A DNA stretch of 64,000 nucleotides from Anaeramoeba ignava BMAN (GCA_028826165.1 JAPDFW010000055.1:1-64000), one strand, 5' to 3'; counted from the first letter of the stretch, positions 1 through 14,745 are shown. The notes: generated from the sequence alone by a model not told the origin. Program-made: numbers and translations.

Positions 1-2340
1 TTATTTATTTGATTTGGATCATATTCAATTTGATTTGTATTATTGTATTTATTTGACTTTGGATTTGGACTTTGATATGGATTTTCAATTTCAATTTCTT
101 TTGTTTCTATTTTTCATTTCTTCATTTTGGTAGAAGGATCTAAATTCTTTTAATGTTCTGGCTATTTTCTATGTGTTTTCATTACCATTATTATTTGATT
201 GGTTGTTATTGTCTGAGAAGACAAATACTTTATTTATGATTTTTCACTATGCTCTTTTTTTTGTTTTGTTTTTATTTTTTTTGTTTTTAAAAATGATTTT
301 AGATTTTCATTTTTACTTTTTGTGATTTTTCTTTGAGATGTTTTTGATGGTATGATTTTTATGGTTTTTATGATTTTATGGTTTTTGTGATTTTTGAATT
401 TCTTTTGAATTTTTAATTTCATTTTTGATTTTGAATTTGATTTGGAATTTTGATTTTCATTTTGAATTTGATTTTCATTTTTGAATTTGATTTTCATTTT
501 TAGATTTTGATTTTCATTTCAATTTTTCTTTTTTTGATTTTGATTTTCATTTTTTTTGATTTTGATTTGAATTTCATTTCATTTTGATTTTTGATTTTGA
601 TTTTGATTTTCATTTTCATTTTTCATTTGATTTTGATTTGAATTTCAATTTGATTTTGAATTTGGTCTGATTTTCATTTTTTGAATTTGATTTTGGATTT
701 TGATTTTGATTTTTGATTTTGATTTTTCATTTGATTTTCATTTTGATTTTTGATTTTCATTTTTGATTTTTGATTTTCATTTTCATTTTGATTTTTAGAT
801 TTTCATTTTGATTTTCATTTTCATTTTTGATTTTTGATTTTGATTTTGATTTTGATTTTCATTTTCATTTTCATTTTCATTTGAATTTGATTTTGATTTT
901 GAATTTGATTTTGATTTTGATTTTAATTTCATTTTTCATTTTGATTTTCTTGATTTTCTTGATTATTATTACATCTTGTAAATCTTTTAAATTTTATACT
1001 ACTTGTTGATAAAATGCTTTAAATTCTTCTGAACAAATGTTCCATCAATTTCATTTTTGTTTTAATTTTTAAAAGCTTGAGAATCTTTATGATATTTATG
1101 TTCAATTGTTTTAATTTTTCTTTTTGATTCAACTTTCTTCATTCATTTTGTGATTTTTGATTCTCCATTTCTTTTTCCAAATCTTTGAATTATTTTTCTT
1201 TTTGTCCATTTCCATTGTTTTTGAATTTTCGTTAAGATTTCCATTTTTAATCTTGTTCGTTTTATTTACTTTCTTTTTATCTTTTGTGATTTGTGTTTTG
1301 ATTTTGATTTCGATTTTGGATTTTTGATTTTGATTTTGATTTTTGATTTTCCTTTTTGTTTTTTTGATTTGTTTTTGCTTTTTGATTTTTGGTTTTTGGT
1401 TTTGTTTTTGTATTTTTGAGTATAATTATCAATTGAATTTTGAATTAGAATTTTTGGTTTTTATTTCTTTGTTTCTTTAATATTTTCTTGATTATTTTTC
1501 TGATTATTTTCTTTGATTATTTTCTTTTAATATTTTTATTATTTTCTTTGATTATTTTCTTTGATTATTCCATTTTCATTATTTTTTTCATTTTTTTTAA
1601 TATTTTCTTTATTATTTTCTTTTCATTATTTTCTTTAATATTTTCTTTTTCATTATTTTCAATACTATTTCCATTTCATCTTGACTTTTATATTCCTTTC
1701 AGAATTTTCTTTTTCATCATAAACATTATTATAATTATCACTATTTGGCTCAAAAGGAATTTTTGAATATTCATTTCATTTTTTTTCATTTTCAATTTAA
1801 TTTCATTTTCTTTTTCATTTTCAATTTGAATTTCATTTTCTTTTTCTTTTTCAATTTGAATTTCGTTTTTCATTTTTTTAAAAATTAATTAAAAATAAAT
1901 AAATTTCTGTTAATTCAAAAATAAAAATTTTTAATTATTAAATCATTTAATTATTTTTAATAATATTATATTCTCTTTTAAAATCTTACCTTCTGTATTA
2001 TTTCCTTTATTTATATTATTTAAAACCTCATTTTTCTTTGATTTTAATTGATCAAAAATAAAACGGTTGAAATTTGTTCTGATTTTTATCTTGATTTGAA
2101 TCTTCATTTAATTGTATATCTTTATTTTTGTGCTTTGTAGACTTGATATTGATTGGGTAGTTGATATATTGCTCACTTGTGAAGTGTTTTCTGTTGAGGT
2201 AATTGTGTGTTATTTGATAAATGTGATTCTGTTAATTGAATTGTTATTTAAATTTGAATTGTTTTCTGATTTTGATCTAAATTTTGGTGATTCATAGTTT
2301 TTGTTCTTTTTATTGTTAATGTCTTTTTGTTCTTTTTATT
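1..2340 (-). CDS. Putative low-complexity (N/Q/E/K-rich) hypothetical protein, fragmented and running off the left edge
   Basis: Coding-like minus-strand segments (e.g. NEYSKIPFEPNSDNYNNVYDEKENSERN; TSTENTSQVSNISTTQSISS) and a GTAAGA donor at 1989. The frame cannot be joined without indels and the start is not defined. Confidence 0.35.
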
Positions 2341-2453
2341 GCTAATGTTTATTTTGTTTTAAAGTTGGAAAATTTAATAAAAATTTAAAAATGAAAAATT
2401 TAATTTTCATTTTTCTTTTTCTTTTACTTTTTCTTTTTACTTTTACTTTTAAA

Positions 2454-4329
2454 ATGTCAAATTCTCTTAGACAACGTTTAGAAAGAAGAAAAATAATTTT
2501 AAAGGAAGAATTAATTTTCAATTTAATAAAGAAAAAGAGAAATTCAAACTGTTATTTTAAGTAAATCTAAAAAGAAGAGCAATTATTTAAAAGAAGAAAT
2601 CCAAATCTTCGTTCAGTCAAGAACTTCTTTTCTGAAGAAAATCAAAAATATTTTGAACAAATTCGTTTAAAAAGTGTTTTTCAATATTTATTTCAATTCA
2701 TTATTCAATATTTAATTTAATATTTATTTCAATATTTATTTCAATATTTAATTCAATTTTTATTTCAATATTTAATTTAATATTTAATTTAATTCAATAT
2801 TCAATATTTAATTCAATATTTATTTTAATATTTAATTCAATTTCAATATTCAATATTTATTTCAATTTCAATATCTAATTAAAAATATAAGATTCAAAAT
2901 CTACCTCAAATTTATAAATTATTACTTGATCCTCAAACTCAAGATCATACTTTAAGTGAAGTTCGCGAAATTTGCTCATTATTTCCTAATCCACCAATTA
3001 GAGAAATTATTGATAATGGATTTATTCCCTTATTTATTGAATTTTTACAATCACCAAAAGTTTTAATTCAAGTATCTTTAATATTATCTTCTTTATTATA
3101 TATAAAATATTTAAACAAATTTTTTTTACAAAAAAACCAAAATCAAAGTATGAAGCAATTACTTCATTATCTCATTTAACAAGTGGATCACTTGAATTAA
3201 CTTCAGAAATTATAAATATGGGAATTGCACCCAAAATTTTAGATCTTCTTATTCAAACAAAAGACCCAGATATTATAGATCAAGTAAAAAAGAAAAATTA
3301 ATGATTATTTTAATTCAAAATTGAATTCAATTTTGTTTTATTCATCTTCTTTTCAAAAATAAGTGTATTACTTCTTTTGCAAATATAATTTCTCAATCAA
3401 TTGATTTTAGAGATCAAGTTATTGATACTGATTTTATTCAAATCTTATCTGAAATTACTCAAAAATTTTCCAAACGTGAAAAGTACAATCAAAAACTTTG
3501 TTTGATTTCCATTTTTATTACAAGAAATCTTTGCCAAATTTTGAAAAATTAAATTACTTTTTGATCCACTTTTTGCTCAAACTTCTTCAAAAATTCAGAA
3601 ATTTCAATTTATCTTCTTGAATGTCTTGAAAATATATCAAAAGGAAACGATGAATTCAAACAAGTTTTTGAAATTAAAGAACTTTTAGAATATTTAATAA
3701 TTAATTTAGAGTAAAAAGCAAAAAGTTCTCGTTTATTAATTTTTGCTTTTTATAAACAAGAAATCAAGATCCAAAATTTCAAACTCCTTCTTTAAAACTA
3801 TTGGGAATTTACTTAATTGGAAAGATGAAATGACAGAAAAACTTATTAATTATAATATCATTTCTATTCTTTTTAAAACATTTGCTAGTCCAATTTCAGA
3901 TCTTAAAAGATATTCTTGTTAATTTTTCAAATATTTGTGCTTCAAATATAAAAATACAAGAAAATGCAATTAAAACAGGAATTATTCAAATTTTATCACA
4001 AGTTTTTAAAAGAAAAATTTGAAATTCAAAAACAAGCTATTTTTGGAATTTCAAATTTACTTGAAATTAATAATGAAAATTTAATTCAAGAAATGATTAA
4101 AAATCAAGTTGTCAAAGGAATTTCTAAATTATTAACAATTAATGATATTCAAACTATTCAAATTGGTTTATTTTGTTGGGAAAGAATTTTAACTCAAGGA
4201 TTAAATATTCAAAATTTAATAGATATTTTTGAAGAAGAAGAAGCTGTTTCAATTTTAGAAAAATTACAAAATCATGAAAATCAAGATATTTCAAACAAAG
4301 CAAATGAAATTATAGAGAATTTTTTTTAA
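2454..4329 (+). CDS. Importin-alpha-like ARM-repeat protein, divergent; 4 introns (~2676-2891, 3072-3148, 3284-3363, 3710-3760) and several homopolymer frameshifts
   Basis: IBB-like N-terminus (RQRLERRK...KKEEQLFKRRN after restoring single A's), NPPIREIIDNGFIPLFIEFL, and C-terminal LEKLQNHENQDISNKANEIIENFF typical of importin-alpha. Confidence 0.8.
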
Positions 4330-4383
4330 AATAAAAAAAAATAAAAATTTCATTTTTCATTTTTCATTTTTCATTTTTTTTAA

Positions 4384-5486
4384 ATGTCAACAATTCCTAT
4401 TGAAATAATATCTTCACTTATTCCTTCACTTAGTGAAACTTTTCATAAAGGTTCTATGGGAAGAATTGCTGTTATTGGAGGTTCAACATTATATACAGGA
4501 GGACCATATTTTGCAGGAATAACTGCATTAAAAATTGTAGAATAATATAATTAAATATTTTGAATATTAAATATTAAATTAAATATTTAATTTTTGATTG
4601 AATATTTATTTTATTTTAAAAAAGGGAGCTGATTTGGTTCATATTTTTTGCACAAAAAATGCAGGAACAGCTATAAAATCTTATAGTCCTGATTTAATTG
4701 TTCATCCAATTTTAATGTCTGAAGAAGAAATCAAGAACGAAATAGCAAAAAGCAAACTAAGAAATGAAGAAGAAACAGCGGAAGGAATAGAAAAGAAAAT
4801 TGTGGAAAATATTACAAGTTGGTTAGATAAATTAGGAGGATTAATAATTGGACCAGGATTAGGAAGAGATCCAAAAGTAATAAATCAAGTGGAAAAAATC
4901 ATTTTATCTGCAAAAGAAAAAAAAGTTCCAATGGTTATTGATGCTGATGGATTATTTATTATCACTCAAAATAAAGAATTAATAAAAGGCAATGAAAATG
5001 TTATTATTACACCAAATAAAATGGAGTTTTGGAGATTGCAAAATTCTCTTTTTCCTGAAGAAAAACAAGAACCAAATCCAAAAGAAAATCCAAAGAAAGT
5101 TTTTGATCTTCAAAAAGAAATGGAAAATGTCAAAAAAATGTCAGAAAAATTAGGGAATGTAACGGTTCTCAAAAAAGGTTTCAATGATATTATAAGTAAT
5201 GGAAAAAATACTCGGATTTGCAATTTTCTTGGTTCTTCAAGGAGAGTTTCTGGTCAAGGAGATATTCTTTCAGGTGCAATTGGTGTTTTTTTGAATTGGT
5301 TTAATTTGGATTCTCCAAAAAAATCCCAAATTAATAAAGAAATTGAATTCTATTGTTGCTGGTTATGCTGGTTGTTTGATTACAAGAAAATGTAATAGTC
5401 TTGCTTTTTCTAAAAAGAAAAGATCTATGACAACATCTGATATGATTTCTGAAGTTGGAATTGCATTTGAATCTTTTTTTGATTGA
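4384..5486 (+). CDS. NAXD: ATP-dependent NAD(P)HX dehydratase (YjeF_C/CARKD); intron ~4537-4624; one frameshift near 5330
   Basis: HKGSMGRIAVIGGSTLYTGGPYFAG, GADLVHIFC, IKSYSPDLIVHP, IGPGLGRD, VIDADGL, ITPNKMEF, LKKG..D, RRVSGQGDILSG; the C-terminal KRSMTTSDMI lies in the shifted frame. Confidence 0.93.
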
Positions 5487-5648
5487 GCAAAAAAATTTCT
5501 TTTCAAATAAAATCTTTTCAAATAAATTTCTTTCTAATAAAATTTCTTTTTCAAATAAAATTTCTTTTTCTTTTATTCCAAATTTTTTTTTTGATTAAAA
5601 TTCAATCCAAAAAAAAAAAAATTCAATCCAATTCATTAATTCAATAAT

Positions 5649-8142
5649 TCAATTCATTAATTCTTTGTTTTCATCACTTTCCAAATCAATTTCATTTTCA
5701 TTTTGATTTTCAATTTTAATTTCATTTTGATTTTGATTTTCATTTTCATTTTCATTTTCATTTTCATTTTCATTTTCAATTTCAATACTTTCAATCATTT
5801 CTTTTTGAATCCAAAACTTAGTATCATTTTTATTAACAGTTTTAAGCTCCTCCAAAAACCAAAATTCATCACTTCCCAAATTTTCAACATCAAAAAGCAT
5901 TTTTTCCTTTTCATTAAAACTTTCCAAATTACAAAACTTATTTTTACAATTAAAAAACAATTCAATCAGTTGATTTCTTAAATTAAGAATTTCTTTTGCT
6001 TTTTTCCGATTTTTTAAAATTTTCGCAGTTGATCGAATTTTTCGAGACAATCCAATTATTGAATTAACAAATAAAGAAGTAGCATGACCAAGAGCAAAAA
6101 ACCCAAAAAAAGCAGGAAGAAAATAAATTCCACCGAAAATTTTAGCAATAATTGAGGAATAAATAATATCAAGACAAAATCCAATTATTGAAAAAAAAAG
6201 CAAACGAGAACTTGCACAATTCTCAGGTTTTTTATAGCTTTTTAACCCTGTTCGAATTGCATGAATCACCAATGGAAAATTAAGAACCAAACCAGGCAAA
6301 GCAAATACGAAGTAAATAATCACAAAAATGATTGAAAAGAAAATTTTCAAACTTCCAAAAAAAACGGAATAGTTTGTGTTTTTGATGATTTCTGAGTCTT
6401 GGATTTTTGATTTCTTTAAATTTTGTGAATATTTTTGTGACACTTCAATATATTTCTTGCAATCTTCATCCTCTTTATTAAATCTTTTAAAGCATTCATA
6501 AACTTTGATTCCCAATTCAGTAAATTTTCTAGGTGAATAATTTTTATCTGATAAACACATTTGAGTAGTTGAAACGATATCAAAAGTTTCCCAATCAGGG
6601 CAATTCAAGAATAATCTACTTGTGCATTTTTCGAAAAATAGTGTTAATTTTTTCACTGTTGTTCTTGGTTCTTTTCTCCACATTTCGAGTACTTCATCTG
6701 ATACTTCCATAACTGGTCCATAAACTAAGAATATTGATGATTGATATTTTCTTGATGATGTGTAGTTTATTCCTATTAGAATCACAGAAATGCTTTTTTC
6801 TGGATGTTTTTTCTTTATATCGTTGATTCCTCCAAATAATATTCTTGCTATTCCTGTTCGAAATGGTAATAAACCTGGTTTTATGATTGAAGCTCCCTTA
6901 ATTTTATAAATTTGATTTTTTATCCGATTTTAATTTTATATCCGATTTTGAATTTTAATATTAATTTTAATTTTGATTTTTTATCCGATTTTGAATTTAA
7001 TATTAATTTTGATTTTTTATCCGATTTTGAATTTAATATTAATTTTAATTTTAATTTTAATATTAATTTTAATTTTAATTTTAATTTCAAATTTAATATT
7101 AATTTTATTTATAATTTTATTTATGATTTTAATTTGAATATTAATTTTAATATTGATTTTGAATTTTAATTTTAATTTTAATTTTAATTTTAATTTTAAT
7201 TTCAAAATGAATTTTAATTTTAATTTTAATTTTATTTATAATTTTAATTTTAATTTTAATTTTAATTTTAATTTTAATTTTAATTTTAATTTTAATTTTA
7301 ATTTGAATATTAATTTTAATATTGATTTTGAATTTTAATTTTGATTTTAATTATAATTTTAATTTTAATTTCAATTTCAATTTTAATTTTAATTTTAATT
7401 TTAATTTTAATTTTAATTATAATATTGATTTGAATTTTAATTTTGAATTTGAATATTAATTTTAATATTGATTTTAATTTTAATTTTAATTTTAATTTCA
7501 AATGTAATTTTTATTCCAATTTTTATTTAAAATGATTTGGAACTTTTTTTGTTATTTTTGTTATTTTTGTTTTTGTTATTGTTGTTGTTTTTGTTGTTTT
7601 TGTTGTTTTTGTTTTTGTTATTGTTTTTGTTATTGTTGTTGTTTTTGTTTTTGTTGTTTTTGTTGTTGTTGTTATTTTTGTTGTCTTTGTTTTTGTTTTT
7701 GTTTTTGTTTTTGTTTTTGTTTTTGTTGTTGTTGTTTGTTTTTTGATTTGAAAAATAAAATAAATACTTCTGGCCAAATACCAATACATTGACCTTTATT
7801 AAAAGCTTTATACATTTCACCAAAAGCTTGGTCATTAACTTTTTGCATTTGAGAAGGATCCAAACCAGAATCTTGAGCTCTTTTAATAGGAACAGCTTGA
7901 ATTCCTCTTGCAATTGTTCGAATAAAAGGCATTTTAAAAAGTGAATATTTTCCAATTAAACGAACTAAACGTGGTGTTTTAAAAGAAACTAGAACTGGAT
8001 CTATTAACGAATTTGGATGCGTTGCTGAGAAAAATATACTCCCTTTTTGGGGTATGTTTGTAAATCCAAATGTTTCGATTGTGCGAAAATAATAATTTAA
8101 TGTAACCCAAAAAAATAAATTGAAAAGTCGATAAAGAATCAT
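5649..8142 (-). CDS. Glycerol-3-phosphate/phospholipid acyltransferase (PlsC-fold, SCT1/GPT2-like) with C-terminal TM helices; intron 6897-7767
   Basis: HxxxxD motif HPNSLID, VPIKRAQD; splicing GT(7767)..AG(6897) joins WPE|GAS...PFRTG in frame with the 378-aa downstream ORF. Confidence 0.85.
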
Positions 8143-8269
8143 TTGTTTCTTTTTTATTAATTCAAAAAAGAAAAGAAAAATGAAAAAAAAATTTTATTTA
8201 AAAAAAAAAAGCAAAAATTTTTTAAAAACAAAAATTAAACAATTTTTCTCATTAATTTTGAAAGGTTTT

Positions 8270-11075
8270 TTATTCCAATTTTTATTCCAATTTTTTTTAT
8301 AATTTTATTTATAATTTTATTTATAATTTAATTTATAATTTTATTTATAATTTTATTTATAATTTAATTTATAATTTAATTTATAATTTTATTTATAATT
8401 TTATTTATAATTTAATTTATAATTTTATTTATAATTTAATTTATAATTTAATTTATAATTTTATTTATAATTTTATTTATAATTTAATTTATAATTTTAT
8501 TTATAATTTAATTTATAATTTTATTCCAATTTTTATTCCAATTTTATTTATAATTTAATTTATAATTTTATTTATTATTTTATTTATAATTTTATTTATA
8601 ATTTTATTTATAATTTTATTCCAATTTTTATTCCAATTTTTATTTATAATTTAATTTATAATTTTATTCCACTTTTTATTTATAATTTAATTTATAATTT
8701 TATTTATAATTTTATTTATAATTTTATTTATAATTTTATTTTATAATTTAATTTATAATTTTATTTATAATTTTTATTTATTATTTTATTTATAATTTTA
8801 TTTATAATTTAATTTTATAATTTTATTTATAATTTTATTTATAATTTTATTTATAATTTTATTCAATTTTTTATTCCAATTTTATTTATAATTTAATTTA
8901 TAATTTTTATTTATAATTTTATTTATAATTTAATTTATAATTTTATTTATAATTTTATTTATAATTTAATTTATAATTTTATTTATAATTTAATTTATTA
9001 TTTTTATTCCACTTTTTATTCCATTTTTATTCCACTTTTTTTATTTATAATTTTATTTATAATTTTATTTATAATTTTATTTATAATTTAATTTATAATT
9101 TTATTTATAATTTAATTTATAATTTAATTTATAATTTTATTTATAATTTAATTTATAATTTAATTTATAATTTTATTTATAATTTAATTTATAATTTAAT
9201 TTATAATTTTATTTTATAATTTTATTTTATAATTTTTAATTTATAATTTTATTTATAATTTTATTCCACTTTTTATTCCACTTTTTATTCCACTTTTTAT
9301 TCCAATTTTTTTATTTATTATTTAATTTATAATTTTATTTATAATTTAATTTATAATTTTAATTTATAATTTTATTTATAATTTAATTTATAATTTAATT
9401 TATAATTTTATTTATAATTTTATTTATAATTTTATTTATAATTTTATTTATAATTTTATTTATAATTTTATTTATAATTTTATTTATAATTTTATTTATA
9501 ATTTTATTTATAATTTTATTTATAATTTTATTTATAATTTTATTTATAATTTTATTTTATAATTTTTATTTATAATTTTATTTATAATTTAATTTATAAT
9601 TTAATTTATAATTTTATTTTATAATTTTATTTATTATTTATTTTATAATTTTATTTTATAATTTTATTTATAATTTTATTTATAATTTTTATTTATAATT
9701 TTATTTTATAATTTTATTTATAATTTTATTTATAATTTTATTTATAATTTTATTTATAATTTTATTTATAATTTTAATTTATAATTTAATTTATAATTTT
9801 ATTTATAATTTTATTCCACTTTTTATTCCAATTTTTAAATAAATTTTATTTATTATTTTATTTATAATTTTATTTAATTTAATTTTATAATTTAATTTAT
9901 AATTTAATTTATAATTTTATTTATAATTTTATTTATAATTTTATTTATAATTTAATTTATAATTTTATTTATAATTTTATTTATAATTTTATTTATTATT
10001 TTATTTATAATTTTATTTATAATTTTATTTATAATTTTATTTATAATTTTATTTATAATTTTATTTATAATTTTATTTTATAATTTTATTTATAATTTGA
10101 TTTATAATTTTATTTATAATTTTATTTATAATTTTATTTTATAATTTAATTTATAATTTTATTTATTATTTAATTTATAATTTAATTTATAATTTAATTT
10201 ATAATTTAATTTATAATTTTATTTATAATTTTATTTATAATTTAATTTATAATTTAATTTATAATTTTTATTTATTATTTTATTTATAATTTAATTTATA
10301 ATTTTATTTATAATTTTAATTTATAATTTAATTTATAATTTTATTTATAATTTTATTTATAATTTTATTTATAATTTTATTTATAATTTTATTTATAATT
10401 TTATTTATAATTTTAATTTATAATTTTAATTTATAATTTTAATTTATAATTTTTATTTATAATTTAATTTATAATTTTATTTATAATTTTTATTTATAAT
10501 TTTATTTATAATTTTATTTATTATTTTATTTATAATTTTATTTTATAATTTAATTTTTATAATTTAATTTATAATTTTATTTATAATTTTTATTTATAAT
10601 TTTATTTATAATTTTATTTATAATTTAATTTTAATTTTATTTATAATTTTTATTTATAATTTTATTTATAATTTAATTTTATAATTTTATTTATAATTTT
10701 TATTTATATTTTTATTTATAATTTTATTTATAATTTAATTTATAATTTTATTTATAATTTAATTTATAATTTAATTTATAATTTAATTTATAATTTTAAT
10801 TTATAATTTAATTTTATAATTTTATTCCACTTTTTATTCCACTTTTTATTCCAATTTTTATTTATAATTTAATTTATAATTTTATTTATAATTTTATTTA
10901 TAATTTTATTTATAATTTAATTTATAATTTTATTTATAATTTTATTTATAATTTTATTTATAATTTTATTTATAATTTTATTTATTATTTTATTTATAAT
11001 TTAATTTATAATTTTATTTATTATTTTATTTATAATTTTATTTATAATTTAATTTATAATTTAATTTATAATTTT
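8270..11075. repeat. ~2.8 kb nearly pure-AT minisatellite, ~11-12-bp unit (TTATAATTTTAT) with interspersed TTATTCCA(C/A) variants
   Basis: Directly visible tandem repeat lying between the acyltransferase 5' end and the RBM19 3' end. Confidence 0.95.
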
Positions 11076-11154
11076 TTATCTAAATTTAAATTTAAAGCTT
11101 TATCTAAGTTTTTATTGAAAATATTCTATGTAAATTTTGATTTATATTTTTAAT

Positions 11155-13777
11155 TCATTTCATTTGTTTCCCAAATTTCTTCCCAACTTTGTTCCGAATC
11201 TCATCAATACTCTTATCATCCTTTGCCTCTTCAACAACCAAATGCCTTCCATAAAGATGAGTATTTAATAAAGCACTTCTAGCATTTTCAGCTTCTTGTT
11301 TAGTCACAAAATCAACAAATCCAAAACCACGATGACTTCCATCAAATTTTTTTGGAATTCTCACAGATTTTATTTCTCCAAATGACCCAAATAACTCCCG
11401 AATTTCTTTTCTTGTTGCCTCAAAAGGAATATTTCGAACTAATAATTTAGTTCCTTTTAATTTTTTCAAATCAACTAATTTTCGGTTTTTTTTCTTCCCC
11501 AATTTTCCCGATTTCCCTCGCGACTTAGAAAACTCAAGCACAAGCTCTCGTTCATCAACAACAACACTTTGCTTCTGTTTTATTGCCTTAAGCGCTTCAT
11601 TCTTATTCTCAAAATCAATAAATCCAAATCCCATAGATGTCAACTCTCCGGTTTTAACATCTTTTTTCCTCGAAATTTTCACTGATTTCACTCTGAAATT
11701 TTGGAAAACCTCCCGCAGTTTTTCTTCATCAGTTTCGAATGAAAGATTCTTCACAAACAAAGTGGATCCAACAGAGTCTTGATCAGTAAGTTTGAGAGAC
11801 TCATCCAAATTTTGTTTCATAATCTTGGATTTGTTTTCGTCTTTTTTTTCGTCATTGGATTTTAAAGACGCCAACGGCGCCCACTCAAGAAATAACGGCA
11901 CATGTCGATACTTGCGATATGCCAATGATCTCAAGGCCTTTTTAGCTTCCGTTGGGTGTATAAACTCAACAAGAGCAACAGCCTTTGTTGGAGGAATAAT
12001 TATTTTTTTAATTGATCCAAATTTGGAAAAAATTTCCTCAATTTCTTGTTTTTCTGTTGAAAACGGAAGGTTTTTCACTAAAATTGTTGTTTTGCTTCTT
12101 TTTGTTAATGCATTCAATCCGTTGAAAGAATCTAAATTTACTCCTTCTTTTTCTAAATAAGCTTTTGTTTCAGATATCACACTTGTTTCTGCTAATGATA
12201 ATCGAACTGCCATGTTTGAGGATTGTGGATCTAAAAGTTGTGATTTAGAAATGTTCAAGTTCTTTGAAACAGCTTCTGCTACAGTATCACTCTTTTTTAT
12301 TATTTTTAATTTTATTTTAATTTTTTTAAATTTCATTAGATTTCATGTTTTTGGATTTTTTTGATTTACACTTAAAAATATCGAATTCCAATTAATCGTA
12401 TTTTCTGCATTCTTCTTTCTTTCTTTTTGTTTCTTCCTTTGAAATTTTGACTCCCTTCTCATCCCATCTTTTGCCCCTGAATCATTATCTTCATCCTTTT
12501 CTTCTTCAACTTCTTCTTTTGCTGCAGAAATTTGAAGAATTCTTCCTTGAAAAAACTTCCCATTCAATTCTTCAAAAGCAGAAACAGCATCAATCGGCTC
12601 TTTAAATAAAACAAAAGCAATTCCATAAGGTTGCTTTGTTTCCTTTTTTAAAGGAATATGAGTTTCTAAAACGAAAAAGGAATATAAATTTTTCTTTAAA
12701 AAATCAAGTTGAATTTTTGAATTTAAAAATTTGAATCTTTCTACCCAAAATTGTCCCGTATTCCCCAAAAAATTCTGATAACTCCTCTTCAGTTGTAGTA
12801 AAAGGAATGTTCTTCACAAACAATCTCCCAGTTTTCGCAACAAGCGAATCCTCGACTTGCTCTTCATTTTCTTTCTCGTTTTTTCCGTTTTTATTTAGTT
12901 CAATTTCATCACTTAATTTCTCCTTTTTTTTCGAACTAAAATACTCGAAATCAGAAACACCATCATCAAACGCAATACTAACAACCGAATCGTCTTGATT
13001 GGCATTAAAATCATTATCAACGGGAACATTCGAATTGCTGTTGGTTTCGATGAAAATATTGCTGTCATTTTGGATTGACTTTTGGTTCGCATCCTTTTCT
13101 TCGTTTTTCCCAATCAAATTATCTCCCTTCTCGGGATCCTCATCATCAATAAACCTCTTATGCCTCCGGGTGTATATTTGGTTCTTGTTCTTTTTCAGCG
13201 ACCCGGAGACTATTGACATCTCCTCCTCCTCAACAAAATTGCCAACTTTTCTTTTCTTTTTAATAACTGGCTTTAATTTAAGAATTTCATCATTCGTCCA
13301 TTTCTTAGTATTACTTCGTGGCTTCATAACTTGCAGAAATTCCACGAGTTTGGGATCATTGGCGACAGATTCATTAAACATTTTCTGCTTTTTTTCTTGC
13401 ATTTCTTGATATTTTTTCTTCCTTTGGAGATCAACCTCCAATTTTTTTTGTTTCTGTATTTCAGGATGCGCTTGATAATAAAGAGAACTGCCTTTTGAAT
13501 ATTTGCTCCACGGTCTTTCTATATCATTTGATCCGATTGGCTTCGCAAATGAGACCTCCAATTTGCTTGTGTCGAAATATGTGTTTCGAAAGTATTCATA
13601 TGCTTGTTTTGCTTGTTCTTCAGTTTTATATCCAATAAATGCAAATCTTCTTGTTGCTCCTTTTTGTGTTCGTTTTAGTTTGATGTCAGTGATTTCTCCT
13701 TGTGTCGAAAAATGTTCGCGGAGCCTTTTTTCATCGATATATTTTGGTAAATTTTTCACAATTAATCTTGAAGACAT
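11155..13777 (-). CDS. RBM19: Multiple-RRM ribosome biogenesis protein RBM19/Mrd1; introns 12666-12744 and ~12292-12369
   Basis: MSSRLIVKNLPKY...RRFAFIGY, RPWSKYS, GRLFVKNIPF, AVRLSLAET, YRHVPLFLEWAP, HRGFGFVDF...THLYGRHLV; five RRMs; GT-AG introns restore the frame. Confidence 0.95.
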
Positions 13778-13794
13778 TTTAAACAACAAAAAAC

Positions 13795-13850
13795 AAAAAT
13801 GAAAAAAACAAAAATGAAAAAAATGAAAATGAAAAAAATGAAAATGAAAA
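13795..13850 (-). promoter_or_regulatory. Tandem TTTCATTT Initiator-like elements upstream of RBM19
   Basis: About five copies (aaaatgaaaa on + strand) within 75 bp of the ATG; the same motif precedes most genes in sense orientation. Confidence 0.55.
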
Positions 13851-13879
13851 ATTTTTTATTTTTTTGGTTTTAAATTTTA

Positions 13880-14430
13880 AGATTTATTAATTGATTGATT
13901 GATTGATTTTAAGATTGATTAATTGATTGATTAATTGATTTTAAGATTGATTGATTGATTGATTAATTAATTAATTGATTGATTGATTGATTAATTGATT
14001 GATTAATTAATTGATTAATTGATTGATTTTATTGATTGATTGATTGATTGATTGATTAATTAATTAATTGATTGATTGATTGATTGATTAATTAAATTGA
14101 TTGATTATTAATTGATTGATTGATTGGTACCAATTGGTATTGATTGATTGGTGGTAATTTATTTTAAAATTTACAATTACCAAATTAGTATACATTGACA
14201 ATTATTAGTTAGTGGTGGTAATTGATTTCATTGGACAATTATGGTGATTAGTAATTACTACCAATTAATTTAATTTGATTTTTGGTAATGGTGGTAATTG
14301 GTGATTGACAATTGATTAATTTATTAGTAATTGGTCAATTGACACCATTATTAATTTATTATTGATTGAATTGATTGAATTAATTGATGGTGGTCGATTG
14401 ATTGACAATTAATTGATTAATTGATTATTG

Positions 14431-14465
<35 letters not shown>

Positions 14466-14492
14466 AATTGATTGATTGATTGATTGATAATC

Positions 14493-14576
<84 letters not shown>

Positions 14577-14745
14577 AATTGATTGATTGATTGATTGTTT
14601 GTTTGTTTGTTTGTTTGTTTTTGTTTGTTTGTTTGTTTGTTTGTTTGTTTGTTTGTTTGTTTGTTTGTTTGTTTGTTTGTTTGTTTGTTTGTTTGTTTGT
14701 TTGTTTGTTTGTTTGTTTGTTTGTTTGTTTGTTTGTTTGTTTATT
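13880..14745. repeat. (GATT)n followed by (GTTT)n tetranucleotide microsatellite block
   Basis: Directly visible; the central part (~14100-14450) is degenerate. Confidence 0.95.

Noticed and set aside
14100-14450. Complex-looking sequence inside the (GATT)n block as a hidden ncRNA or element
   Set aside because: It is a mixture of GATT and reverse-complement-like words with no ORF or clear structure; likely degenerate repeat or poor consensus.
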